Source of the DNA: a virus
Direction: 5' to 3' (one strand)
Length of the DNA stretch: 64,000 nucleotides
Virus record (IMG/VR): IMGVR_UViG_3300022700_000069
Span: 38,429 to 102,428 of that record
The translations under genes were made by a program, and so were the position numbers. Below, in pieces: positions 1 through 9,964 of this stretch (the first letter of the stretch is position 1; each line of letters opens with the position of its first letter). The notes under the pieces were generated by a model. It had not been told where the DNA came from and ran no database searches. It saw nothing but the letters and a program-made list of their open reading frames with translations.

Positions 1-2
1 GG

Positions 3-1904
3 ATAGAAGCAATTTTTCCTGATTTAATTAAAAAATTAGATGCTGATGGAATTGGTTATGGTATTAATACTGAATTAATTGAAGCAACATCTAATATATA
101 TACTGATTATAAAACTGGTTTTAAAACACCTGAAACACCTTGGGTTGTATCACAACTTATGGGTAGTGAAATTAACAGATTATTTAAATTTATATCAATA
201 TCTGATGGTGACTCAGCTAATGAAGAAATTAAAATAAGTATAACTAATATTAGACCAGATACATTAGAATTTGATGTAATTATTCGAGATTTTTATGATA
301 CTGATTCAGAACAAACAATACTTGAATCATTTTCAAGATGTTCATTAATTGAGGGTAGAACTAATTTTATTGGACAAAGAATTGGTACATCAGATGGTGA
401 ATATGATTTACAAAGTAATTATATAATGATTGAATTAGCTGATGAAATACCACAAACAGCATTTCCTGCTGGTTTTGAAGGATATCATTTAAATAAATGG
501 TCATCTAATATCACAGGTGATGAAAGTAATGAAGGTGTTACTCCTAAATTATTTTATAAAACACAATATAATCAAAATGAAAGATTAAATAGAGTATATT
601 TAGGTATTTCAGAAAATGGTTATGACGGTGATGGTCTTGTTGGAAATGGTATAAATCAAAATATTTTTAATTTTAATGGTTGGGAAAATGGCGGTGATAA
701 TGTTATTAGTGCTTATACTAAAACTAAAGGTTTCCATATGGATTCTGGTGCAACTGGTAATTATAAAGATGGTAATACTATTATTGGTGAATTTGAAACT
801 GGTGCTGGTCCATTTGGTAATATAAATGATGTTATTGATCCAACTGATACATATAATGACATACAATCAAGAAAATTTACATTAGCACCTTCAGGTGGTT
901 TTGATGGATGGGATGTTAATAGAAATACAAGATCAAATATTGATGGATTTCAACAAACAGGTATTTTTGATGGTGTTGATCCTAATATCACACCTAAAAA
1001 TGATCTTCAAGCATGGGAAACTGCTGTTAATACTTTTGCAAATCCTGAAGAAGTAACTATTAACTTATTTGCAACACCGGGACTAAATTGGAGTGATAAT
1101 AATATATTAGTTCAAAATACATTAAATATGATTGAAAATGAAAGAACTGATACATTATATATTATTGATACTCCTGATGTTGATATTCCAAGAACAATTG
1201 GTGAAACTAAAAAAGATGTTCTTGCAGCAGAAGATATTACTGATCTTATTAATGTTGCTGCACTTGATTCAAGTTATGGTGCAACATATTTTCCATATAT
1301 TCAAATTAGGGATACTGAAAATAATGTTAATGTATATCTTCCACCAACAGGTGAAGTTGTAAAAGCAATGGCATATACTGATAACGTTAAATTTCCTTGG
1401 TTTGCACCTGCTGGTTTACAACGTGGTGTTACTGATGCAAGAAAATCAAAATATAAATTATCTCTTGATGCCCGTGATATCTTATATGAAGGTAGAATTA
1501 ATCCAATGGCTGATTTTGCTGATTCTGGTACTGCAATATTTGGTCAAAAGACACTTCAAGTAAGAGAAAGTGCACTTGATAGAATTAATGTTCGTAGATT
1601 ATTACTTCAAATTAAAGTATTAATTTCTAATATTGCAACAAGACTTGTTTTTGAACAAAATGATCAGGCAACTATTGATCAGTTTTTATCAAAAGCAACA
1701 CCAGTTCTTGATACAATTAAAAGAGAACGTGGTTTACAAGAATTTAGAATTAAAATGGATGATAGTAATAATACACCTGAAACAAGGGATAGAAATGAAC
1801 TTTATGGTGAAATATTCCTTAAACCTACTCGTGCTGTAGAGTTTATCGGCATTACCTTTACCATTACACCGTCAGGTGCATCTTTTGATGAGGCTGGTGC
1901 GTAA
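3..1904 (+). CDS. Tail sheath protein (gp18-like), 5' truncated by window edge
   Basis: Frame is open from base 3. Sheath C-terminal motifs: PWFAPAGLQRG, IFGQKTLQ..SALDRINVRRLL, FEQND, IFLKPTRAVEFI. Confidence 0.95.
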   Translation: MEAIFPDLIKKLDADGIGYGINTELIEATSNIYTDYKTGFKTPETPWVVSQLMGSEINRLFKFISISDGDSANEEIKISITNIRPDTLEFDVIIRDFYDTDSEQTILESFSRCSLIEGRTNFIGQRIGTSDGEYDLQSNYIMIELADEIPQTAFPAGFEGYHLNKWSSNITGDESNEGVTPKLFYKTQYNQNERLNRVYLGISENGYDGDGLVGNGINQNIFNFNGWENGGDNVISAYTKTKGFHMDSGATGNYKDGNTIIGEFETGAGPFGNINDVIDPTDTYNDIQSRKFTLAPSGGFDGWDVNRNTRSNIDGFQQTGIFDGVDPNITPKNDLQAWETAVNTFANPEEVTINLFATPGLNWSDNNILVQNTLNMIENERTDTLYIIDTPDVDIPRTIGETKKDVLAAEDITDLINVAALDSSYGATYFPYIQIRDTENNVNVYLPPTGEVVKAMAYTDNVKFPWFAPAGLQRGVTDARKSKYKLSLDARDILYEGRINPMADFADSGTAIFGQKTLQVRESALDRINVRRLLLQIKVLISNIATRLVFEQNDQATIDQFLSKATPVLDTIKRERGLQEFRIKMDDSNNTPETRDRNELYGEIFLKPTRAVEFIGITFTITPSGASFDEAGA

Positions 1905-1909
1905 AAATA

Positions 1910-1947
1910 AATAAAAAAAGGGGTCGATATCGACCCCTTTTTTTATT
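1910..1947. terminator. Bidirectional intrinsic terminator (38-bp perfect palindrome)
   Basis: AAT-A7-GGGGTCGATATCGACCCC-T7-ATT between convergent genes. Confidence 0.9.
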
Positions 1948-3583
1948 ATGGTATTAATTCATATTTCTTCAATCCACAATCATATATTCTAGGCAGATTA
2001 TTATCTAACATTTCTTTATGTTCTGTTTTATTTGTAATACCCAATTTATTTTTTCTAAAATTAAATTTATGATATTTTGTTATATTTCTATAATCGCAAT
2101 ACCAATAACTTGGTTTAATATCACCCTTAAACTCAAACCCAATTTTTTGATATAAATTACCATTACTATATCTTCTATCTGCAAATGTTATGATTTTTAA
2201 TGGTTTATATTTTTTAATAAAAAAATTCAAAAGTTTACTAGCACCACCAATAACATTAGTATTTTTTTTATTTGAAAATCTATTTAATGTATAATTATTT
2301 TTATATTTTTTAAACCCCATAACTGAAACCAATGTATTATTATAATATAGTCCAATTTTTACACTACTATTAGTTTCACCAAGAATGTGATTTTCATTTA
2401 AAAACGACTTATATTCATTAACATTAATTTTATAAATTTTACACTTTCTACCATATATTTTATTTGGCGTTAAATTTAATTTATTCAATAATATCGATTT
2501 TACAATCTCATTTTTGTATACCCATTCATCTTCAAATATTTGAATTAATTGAATACCCTGTTTATTACAAAAATTCAATTTATTTAAATGATATTTATTA
2601 TCCTTAAAATATTCAGAATGCCAATATAAACCATTAAATTCAATAGCAATTTTATAATCTGGTAAATAAAAATCTAATTCATAGGGTTTTATTATTTTTT
2701 TATCGTTTCTCTGATATTTAATATTTTGTTCATCTAAAAATTTTGATATCTCTAATTCATAATTAGAAATATTTGGTGAATATGGTAAATATTTAACTGA
2801 TAATTCTCTATTTTCGTTTAATCTTATAATTAATAATGATCTTGGAATATCAAATATATGACCATCCGGATGTTTTATTGTTAATACATTATCATGGTTA
2901 ATACTAATTAATTCATATTTCTTTTTTTCTAATCTATTTTTTAATTTATCATTTAATGTATCATAGAATTTAATTCTATTATTATAATTCTCGTCTTTAT
3001 AAATTTCTTTTTTTGTTTGTTTTATTTTATTATAGTTATTATAATTTTCATTATTATATTTTTCTTTTTTTGTCTTTTTAACTTTATTATTAATAATTTC
3101 CCAATTATTCCAATATTTATTATTTCTATTTTCCTGTATTTTTTTTTGAAAATTTGTTAATTTAAATAGGCTATCAACACCATATTTATTCTTTAATACT
3201 TTTTTACTTTTATTAATTCGTTTTTCTTTATTTTCTGGTCTACTATTCCATTTTTTTCTACATTTTTCAGAACAAAAATTACGTTTATATTTTTTACGTT
3301 CTTCAAATTCATTACCACATTCTAAACAATATCTTTTTTCTATTGCTTTTTTATGTTTAGCATTTGCAGAACACTTATATGAACAATATTTTTTATTTTC
3401 TTTAATTTTTGAAGTAAATTCATTACCACAATTTTCACATGGTTTAGTAATATAATATTTCAAGTCTTGTTTTTTTCTTAATTCCCGTTTACAATCAGAT
3501 GAACAAGTCTTTTTTTCTTTACCCTTTCTTACTTCAAATTCATTACCACAATTTTTACATATTAATTTTATAAATGTTGCCAT
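1946..3583 (-). CDS. Hef-like (PD-(D/E)xK/Vsr-type) homing endonuclease with N-terminal zinc-finger repeats
   Basis: Three CxxC..CSxxC repeats; ELDFYLPDYKIAIEFNGLYWHS, IFEDEW, FADRRYS, IYDCG. Lies antisense between the sheath and tube genes. Confidence 0.8.
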   Translation of the reverse strand: MATFIKLICKNCGNEFEVRKGKEKKTCSSDCKRELRKKQDLKYYITKPCENCGNEFTSKIKENKKYCSYKCSANAKHKKAIEKRYCLECGNEFEERKKYKRNFCSEKCRKKWNSRPENKEKRINKSKKVLKNKYGVDSLFKLTNFQKKIQENRNNKYWNNWEIINNKVKKTKKEKYNNENYNNYNKIKQTKKEIYKDENYNNRIKFYDTLNDKLKNRLEKKKYELISINHDNVLTIKHPDGHIFDIPRSLLIIRLNENRELSVKYLPYSPNISNYELEISKFLDEQNIKYQRNDKKIIKPYELDFYLPDYKIAIEFNGLYWHSEYFKDNKYHLNKLNFCNKQGIQLIQIFEDEWVYKNEIVKSILLNKLNLTPNKIYGRKCKIYKINVNEYKSFLNENHILGETNSSVKIGLYYNNTLVSVMGFKKYKNNYTLNRFSNKKNTNVIGGASKLLNFFIKKYKPLKIITFADRRYSNGNLYQKIGFEFKGDIKPSYWYCDYRNITKYHKFNFRKNKLGITNKTEHKEMLDNNLPRIYDCGLKKYELIP

Positions 3584-3693
3584 AATACTGAAATTTAATT
3601 GAAACCAACTAATAATAAATACAAATATAATAGAAAAAATAAAAAAATCAAGTATTTATAAAAAAATAATAAAATTAATTAAAATTCAATATT

Positions 3694-3999
3694 ATGGCGA
3701 AAAAAAAGAAAAAAGATATTCTTGATCAAAATTATAACACTAACGAAGATAGTTTTAGAAATGAAGAAATTATTGAAAACCCAATTAATGAAGAAAATTT
3801 TTCAATAACTTCTAATAATATCAATGAAGAAAAAAAGATTGAAAATGAAGAAAAACCAAAAGAGAAAATAGTAGAAAAAGAAAAAAATTTAAAAGAGAAG
3901 ACAGTTAAAAAAAAGGAAAAACCAAAAGAAAAAACAATTAATGATTTAAGCAAAGATGAATTAAGAAAATATCAACGTACTGGTAGATTACCAAAATAA
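3694..3999 (+). CDS. Hypothetical K/E-rich protein
   Basis: 101-aa ORF preceded by GTATTTATA (3652). Confidence 0.7.
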   Translation: MAKKKKKDILDQNYNTNEDSFRNEEIIENPINEENFSITSNNINEEKKIENEEKPKEKIVEKEKNLKEKTVKKKEKPKEKTINDLSKDELRKYQRTGRLPK

Positions 4000-4067
4000 T
4001 ATTTAATATATTTTAATATAACAAGTATTTATAATAAAATAAATGAATATAATAAATAATATATAAT

Positions 4068-4556
4068 ATGGCAGAACTAATTAGAGGAATACCTTTTGAA
4101 TATGAACCGAAACGAACTAATAGATTCTTTGCAGAATTTTCAGATGAATTAGGTATTGAAGTTTGGAAGGTACAAAAATTTAAAAGACCAACAATGAAAA
4201 TAAATTCAATTGAAATTCCATTTGTCAACCAACAAAATTATGTTGCTGGTAGATATACTTGGGATACAATGGATATTACATTTCTTGATCCAATAGGTCC
4301 TTCAACATCTCAACAATTAATGGAATGGGTTCGATTACATGCAGAATCTCTTACTGGTAGAATGGGATATGCTGCTGGATATAAGAAAAATATTCTACTT
4401 AAAGCATTAGACCCAACCGGAATTGAAGTTGAAAAATGGTTTATTGAACAAGCAATGATTACAAATATTGACTTTGGTGATAATGATTATACTACTGATG
4501 ATTTAACGAATATTACATTAACAATACAACCTTGGAGATGTATACTCAATCTCTAA
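4068..4556 (+). CDS. Tail tube protein (gp19-like)
   Basis: YEPKRTNRF, GRYTW..MDITFLDPI, GYKKNI.L..LDP.G..VEKW; downstream of the sheath gene. Confidence 0.92.
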   Translation: MAELIRGIPFEYEPKRTNRFFAEFSDELGIEVWKVQKFKRPTMKINSIEIPFVNQQNYVAGRYTWDTMDITFLDPIGPSTSQQLMEWVRLHAESLTGRMGYAAGYKKNILLKALDPTGIEVEKWFIEQAMITNIDFGDNDYTTDDLTNITLTIQPWRCILNL

Positions 4557-4581
4557 TAATTGTAATTTTAAATTAAAATAT

Positions 4582-4613
4582 AATAAGCCATTCATTTATT
4601 TGAATGGCTTATT
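4582..4613. terminator. Bidirectional terminator
   Basis: AATAAGCCATTCA-6 nt-TGAATGGCTTATT between convergent genes. Confidence 0.8.
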
Positions 4614-4813
4614 TATTTAAATTTACAACCATCTTGAGTTATAATAAAATCAATATTAATTTTTTTGATTGTTTTTTGGGGTATAATAGTTTTATCAATT
4701 ATTAATTTACGATCATTAATATTAATTTCAAAATCATCAATAATTTTTAGTTTTTTTAAATTTAATAATCTATTATTTAAATTAATGTAAAAATTTGCAT
4801 CATCATTTGTCAT
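4613..4813 (-). CDS. Small protein resembling the sheath C-terminal domain
   Basis: IIPQKTIKKINIDFIITQDG aligns by eye with sheath FLKPTRAVEFIGITFTITPSG. Confidence 0.55.
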   Translation of the reverse strand: MTNDDANFYINLNNRLLNLKKLKIIDDFEININDRKLIIDKTIIPQKTIKKINIDFIITQDGCKFK

Positions 4814-5592
4814 TAGTTTAAAGTATTTATTCTTTCCCTAATAATTTGTTCAACAAAAAATTTTCTATCCTGTCCTTCAATAATTTTAAAATTATCATTA
4901 TTGTGTGACACCCAAATTAAATATGATTTACCTAATTTTAATGAAGTATTTTTTTCAATTATATATTTATACATATCCATTTGAAGTGAATATAATTCTA
5001 AATCACAATCCTCTAACATATTAAGATTTCCCAATAAATTTTGATGAGGATTATTTTTATAAAATGCTTTATTTGTTTTCCAATCCCAAATTTGAAATTC
5101 GTTTTCTTTTACATTATAAAAGAGAAGATCAACCATTCCAGCAATTTTTGATTCTTTATCATATATAACAAGTTCTGTTTTAACCGGAATTAATTTATCT
5201 TTTGATATTTGTAAAAATTTATCAACGTGTTTTTTTGTTTTTAAATATTCAAAATATATAGGATCAAATCCAAATTCATTATAAATTTCTTGTTGTGGAT
5301 ATTCAAAAACTTTATTTAATAACGCATTTTCAGCATAATCATGTATTATTGATCCTTTCATTGTACCCTTTTTATTAATGAAATCCCATGCTCTTTTTAT
5401 TTTCCATTGTGGTACATTAAATTCATTTGCTTTATAATCAGACCAATAATTTTTATCAAATTCTTCTTGATATTTATGAATTAATGTTGTAACTGAAATA
5501 TATTCATTGCCATCTAAATAATATTTATGAGGTTCATCATAATATTTTATATCATTAAATTTTTGAAAAATTTCAAATGGTATGTTATTCAT
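4813..5592 (-). CDS. PD-(D/E)xK exonuclease
   Basis: HKYY..SVTT, KG..IH, IAGMVDLL, QIWDWKT, YSLQ..MY. Confidence 0.85.
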   Translation of the reverse strand: MNNIPFEIFQKFNDIKYYDEPHKYYLDGNEYISVTTLIHKYQEEFDKNYWSDYKANEFNVPQWKIKRAWDFINKKGTMKGSIIHDYAENALLNKVFEYPQQEIYNEFGFDPIYFEYLKTKKHVDKFLQISKDKLIPVKTELVIYDKESKIAGMVDLLFYNVKENEFQIWDWKTNKAFYKNNPHQNLLGNLNMLEDCDLELYSLQMDMYKYIIEKNTSLKLGKSYLIWVSHNNDNFKIIEGQDRKFFVEQIIRERINTLN

Positions 5593-5596
5593 ATAG

Positions 5597-5626
5597 CAAA
5601 ATTAATAAAAAATTAATTAATTACAA
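5597..5626 (-). promoter_or_regulatory. Bacteroidota sigma70-type promoter
   Basis: Minus-strand TTG-N19-TAATTTTG immediately before the exonuclease start. Confidence 0.5.
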
Positions 5627-6506
5627 TATTATTTTGAACAATATTTTCAAGATTAATATTTTCTAAATCATTAATAATTGAATTTTTATCAGCAGAAATA
5701 CCTGAATATCCATGAATATGAGCGATAATTGCTTCTCTAAATATATTTAATGCTTCAATTAAAACATCTGCTCTTGCTAAAGGATGTCCATCATCAAAAA
5801 TTCGAGTACGATCATCTATATTTAATCTTGCTGCTTTAAATTTTGGGTTACCGGAGTGTGATATTAATGCAATTTTATCACTTAATACAACAGTATTACT
5901 ATAATATTCATCTTCGTCTTCTTTTTGATCAAATGATAAAGTAATAGCTGCTGGATTTTTAATATTTAATTTAAGAGGGTTATCATTTTCATGTTTACCA
6001 GCACGAAATTCAAGTTGATTATTTCTTAAAATTACATCAGTATTTACTCGACCAACAATACCAATTTCATCTTTTTGAGGAAATACACCTTGGGCATCAG
6101 GATATGTAGACGGTGCTGTTTCAGGTGCTGTTAAACCCATATTAGTTGTTGAAAGTGCTGTATATATTGAATCATATTCAACCTTATGTGGTTGTGAAAT
6201 AATACTACCCATCCAAAATCGACTTCTTTGTGGATATTTAATATCTTCTATAAAAATTCTAACCATTTCACCAACTTTGGGAAATACATGAAAAAATTTG
6301 GGTAATAGGGGGTAACAATATGGTAAATCATTTACATCAGTTATTTTATTATCAAAACCTAATATTTTTACTTTTATTCTACCACCATCTGTTGGGTCAT
6401 CAATTGACAACACTTCACCATAATAAATATTACGTGTATTAGTAACATCATCAGTAGTTTTTTCATATAATTTACTTGTTTGTAAATATTTTTTATTTAA
6501 TGACAT
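5613..6506 (-). CDS. Baseplate spike/hub, gp5/VgrG-like OB-fold
   Basis: YGEVLSIDDP..GGRIKVKI, PKVGEMV; C-terminal HxH (HIHGY). Confidence 0.8.
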   Translation of the reverse strand: MSLNKKYLQTSKLYEKTTDDVTNTRNIYYGEVLSIDDPTDGGRIKVKILGFDNKITDVNDLPYCYPLLPKFFHVFPKVGEMVRIFIEDIKYPQRSRFWMGSIISQPHKVEYDSIYTALSTTNMGLTAPETAPSTYPDAQGVFPQKDEIGIVGRVNTDVILRNNQLEFRAGKHENDNPLKLNIKNPAAITLSFDQKEDEDEYYSNTVVLSDKIALISHSGNPKFKAARLNIDDRTRIFDDGHPLARADVLIEALNIFREAIIAHIHGYSGISADKNSIINDLENINLENIVQNNIVIN

Positions 6507-6508
6507 TT

Positions 6509-6718
6509 TTATTGTCTTTTATCGATTTCTTCAACTATATTGACATATTTTTTTTCAAGTTCTTCTAATTTCAAAAGATTTTTATTAATTTTATCTTTTA
6601 ATTTATCAGCTTCATGTGTATCATCAATAATAGTTTTTTTTATTTTTTCATGCTCTGATTTAATATCATTAGCAATTTTTAATAAATCAGTTGGTGTATA
6701 TTTGCTATAATATTCCAT
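6509..6718 (-). CDS. Hypothetical coiled-coil protein
   Basis: 69-aa ORF tightly packed in the operon. Confidence 0.7.
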   Translation of the reverse strand: MEYYSKYTPTDLLKIANDIKSEHEKIKKTIIDDTHEADKLKDKINKNLLKLEELEKKYVNIVEEIDKRQ

Positions 6719-6722
6719 AATA

Positions 6723-7130
6723 TTATTGTATTACTCCATATCCTTTAAATGGTAATATTGATGAACCAACAACAGTAACTGGTCCACTTGGACCAATACC
6801 ACTTGCTTGAACTGTTATTCCCGGTGGTAAACCAACAGTAATAACAGCATCTTGTTGTAATGCGTTTATAATTTCTTCAATTCTAATTCTTTCCATTATT
6901 TCATCAGGATTCACACTACCAGAAGGTAATGCACCAACAGGTAAACCAGCTTCTGATTTTCTAGCAATAATTTTTGATGCAATTTTAGTTGGTGATAATC
7001 CAATTCTACGTGGTACACCCACTAAAATAAGTGGTGTTGGTATTGTTGGTGGACCACCAATACTTGATAAATTTAGTACTTTATCAAAACCTTGTATTAC
7101 TGAATCAATATTTGTATAATCTATTGCCAT
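6723..7130 (-). CDS. Hypothetical protein, probably baseplate-associated
   Basis: 135-aa G/P-rich ORF in the baseplate operon. Confidence 0.7.
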   Translation of the reverse strand: MAIDYTNIDSVIQGFDKVLNLSSIGGPPTIPTPLILVGVPRRIGLSPTKIASKIIARKSEAGLPVGALPSGSVNPDEIMERIRIEEIINALQQDAVITVGLPPGITVQASGIGPSGPVTVVGSSILPFKGYGVIQ

Positions 7131-7136
7131 TAATTA

Positions 7137-7307
7137 TTATTTTTTTAGTTTTTTTAATGAAACCCATTTCCATCCCAAAAATAAAAATATAAATATTTTT
7201 CTAAAAAAATTTGGTTTTTTTGTTGTTCCTAATTGTGTGCCATTTAGTTTTCCATCAATTAAATAAACACCCACAATATTTTTATTTACTTTTTGATCTG
7301 TTATCAT
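7137..7307 (-). CDS. 56-aa hypothetical protein not in the ORF track (MITDQKVNKNIVGVYLIDG...LGWKWVSLKKLKK)
   Basis: Its ATG overlaps the upstream gene's TGA (ATGA coupling) and it fills the gap exactly. Confidence 0.7.
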   Translation of the reverse strand: MITDQKVNKNIVGVYLIDGKLNGTQLGTTKKPNFFRKIFIFLFLGWKWVSLKKLKK

Positions 7308-8620
7308 ATCTCTGAACTAATTAAACTTTTTATTATATTAATAAATTGGTTTATTTTTTCTTGTATTATATCTTTAATTATTGGTGTTATTAATTTAACC
7401 AAAAAAGCAACTATTAAATTAAAAATAAATTCATATAATAATGATAATGCTTCCTTAATTAAACATTTAATATATGTTTTAAATCTTTCTAAGTCTTTTT
7501 TGGGATTACCAATTTGTGGTATACCACCATTTTGAAATGAACTAGAAAGAGCCAATAACATTCTACTTTGTGGAGAAAATGCTAATAATTTCCCTAATTG
7601 AAGTTTAATAAAATTAATAATTCTAGCAAAAAAACCATTTTTTACACTTTCCATATTTTCAGCACCAACATTTTCATTATCAGTCTCATCAAAACTTTTG
7701 CTAATACTATCACTAATTTTATTACCAACATTATTGGGGTCTGAAGAACCCGATATATTTGAAATTAAATTATCAAAATCATCAATTGGTAATTTAGTTT
7801 GCACTAAACCACAACCCATATCATAATTTACAACACCATCTTTTAATTCTTGTGCTTTTTTTATTATATCTTGAAATTCATCTTCGGGTATAACAAATGT
7901 ATCATCACCATCAATTACTTGTTGTATTAATCTATTTAATTCCTCTTCTTCTGTTATTTCTTCAATTGATTTATCTTGGTTTGATGTTGCACTACCGAAT
8001 ACATTATCTAATGTTTTTGTTGTAAATTCTTTTTTATTTATAAATTCTGTATTATCAACAAAACCATTCATAAAATCACCAATATTTTGGTTTTCAGAAC
8101 CACTACTTGGTTTAAAATTAAATGAATCAGAATTAGAATCATAATTAATTAACACATTATTATATTGTATATCAGTACCTTCATTTGTTATAGCTTCACG
8201 AGCTTTTTGATCAAAATTTGGTTTACTATTATCATATAATAACTTACCACTTGCTGAATTTGGATTAGTTTTTAATTTTCCAGACACATCAATATCTTTA
8301 GCTGAAACAGATGTACCATTTTTAAAACTTTCTGGTAATGGATCACCAGAATTAAAATTTGTTAATTGTTTTTTTGTTGCTTCTTTTAATTTAGGTTCAG
8401 CAGATTCTGCAAAATTAGTAAAAAGTTCACCAGTTAAATTTTGAAGTGCTGTTGTACCAACTGTAACACCTAATACATCAATTAAAAAACCACCAACATC
8501 ATTTTTATTATTAACTGAATCTAATGTATTATTTGTTTCGGGCAAATTAGGTTCTTCATTCATTGAAGTATATGCACCAATTGTATTAAATACATTTTTT
8601 TTATCGTCAGCCAAACTCAT
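7304..8620 (-). CDS. Hypothetical, probably structural protein
   Basis: 438-aa ORF with a hydrophobic C-terminal helix. Confidence 0.75.
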   Translation of the reverse strand: MSLADDKKNVFNTIGAYTSMNEEPNLPETNNTLDSVNNKNDVGGFLIDVLGVTVGTTALQNLTGELFTNFAESAEPKLKEATKKQLTNFNSGDPLPESFKNGTSVSAKDIDVSGKLKTNPNSASGKLLYDNSKPNFDQKAREAITNEGTDIQYNNVLINYDSNSDSFNFKPSSGSENQNIGDFMNGFVDNTEFINKKEFTTKTLDNVFGSATSNQDKSIEEITEEEELNRLIQQVIDGDDTFVIPEDEFQDIIKKAQELKDGVVNYDMGCGLVQTKLPIDDFDNLISNISGSSDPNNVGNKISDSISKSFDETDNENVGAENMESVKNGFFARIINFIKLQLGKLLAFSPQSRMLLALSSSFQNGGIPQIGNPKKDLERFKTYIKCLIKEALSLLYEFIFNLIVAFLVKLITPIIKDIIQEKINQFINIIKSLISSEI

Positions 8621-8629
8621 TATTAATCA

Positions 8630-9004
8630 TTATTTTTTTATATTTTTATCATTTTTTAATGTATGTTGATGAACCATTTCAATTAGTTGATTTCTATCTT
8701 CAGTTGAAACTTCTTTTTCATTCTCTTTAGAATTATTTGTATTTTCTTTATTAAATACAACTTCTTTTAAATATTTAAGAAGCATTATTTTTTGATCTTG
8801 ATTTTTAGCTTCAGCACTAATTAATTTAACAATTTGATCACCAATTGCTGCTATTTCACCACCTTCTTTGGCATTTTTTTCCCATTTTGTAAATAAACGA
8901 GTAATTTTTGCCTTAATATTGTGGCTTTCGTTATAAATTTCTTGAAGAAGGTCATTAACACTTTCTTCATTAAATTTTATTTTTTTTCTTTTTGGTCGTG
9001 CCAT
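8630..9004 (-). CDS. Hypothetical helical protein
   Basis: 124-aa ORF with minus-strand GTATTTATT at 9022-9030. Confidence 0.75.
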   Translation of the reverse strand: MARPKRKKIKFNEESVNDLLQEIYNESHNIKAKITRLFTKWEKNAKEGGEIAAIGDQIVKLISAEAKNQDQKIMLLKYLKEVVFNKENTNNSKENEKEVSTEDRNQLIEMVHQHTLKNDKNIKK

Positions 9005-9042
9005 AATTATATTTATTTTATAATAAATACATTTGACATTAA

Positions 9043-9924
9043 TTATTCATCCATGTATTTTATTTTTTCCAAAAAATATAATTCTTTAAATGGTTTAAGT
9101 GCGGTTCTTATTTCTTTAGTTGACAAATCTGTTTGTTCTTTTAAATATAATAATATTTTATTTTTTGCAAATTTATTTGTTACTTTTTTATCATATTTTC
9201 CACTTGGACTATCTTCTAAAAAGAGATATTCCCAATTTTTTAATATATTAATAACAGCTTCACCTACAATTATTTCATTTTTTTTCATTCCCTGTGTATC
9301 AACAATCATTTGTTGAATTTTTACTACAACATCATTTATTAATTTATCTAATAAATAATAATCTTTTTCTTCTATTTCATATTGATATTCATTTTTTTCA
9401 TTAATTTCTTCTAAATAATCATCATATGATAAATTAATTTTTTTATCCCCATAACTTTTTTTACTATGATCTATAAAATAATTACGAACAATTGTTTGAC
9501 AATAACTATATGCTTTTGAACAGAATAATCTATAATGATATTCATCATCATTTTTATTTAATGATTCTAATTTTTTATTAGCATCATCAATATTCATAAA
9601 TCTTCCTCTATCACCCAATTTATACCATTTTCTTTTTTCATTACCAGCATGAATTATTTTTCTACGTTCAATAATAAATGGTTTATATTTAATCATATGT
9701 TCAATTAAATGAGTTAAAGCATTTTGTTCAATTTCTTCTATTTCATAATTACCAATATGAATAGGATATTTTCTAAGTATTGATTGAATCATTTTTTTAA
9801 ATGGTTCTTTTAATACTTTATTATAAATTAAATTTTTTTCTTCACGTGAATTTGATTTAATATAATCAAGTACTGCTTGTTCTTCTTTTTCTGCAAAGTA
9901 ATAGTCTTTTTCTTTTTTTTTCAT
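9043..9924 (-). CDS. Phage sigma-like factor (gp55-like, putative late transcription)
   Basis: N-terminal YYF..E..A..Y and KAYSYCQTIVRNYFI resemble region 2 of gp55-type sigmas. Confidence 0.6.
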   Translation of the reverse strand: MKKKEKDYYFAEKEEQAVLDYIKSNSREEKNLIYNKVLKEPFKKMIQSILRKYPIHIGNYEIEEIEQNALTHLIEHMIKYKPFIIERRKIIHAGNEKRKWYKLGDRGRFMNIDDANKKLESLNKNDDEYHYRLFCSKAYSYCQTIVRNYFIDHSKKSYGDKKINLSYDDYLEEINEKNEYQYEIEEKDYYLLDKLINDVVVKIQQMIVDTQGMKKNEIIVGEAVINILKNWEYLFLEDSPSGKYDKKVTNKFAKNKILLYLKEQTDLSTKEIRTALKPFKELYFLEKIKYMDE

Positions 9925-9964
9925 TAATAATATTCATTAATATATATTTCCTCCAATATTATTT

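Noticed and set aside
4813-5592. Cas4 as part of a CRISPR system
   Set aside because: There is no four-Cys Fe-S motif and no array or other cas gene; it is a generic PD-(D/E)xK nuclease.
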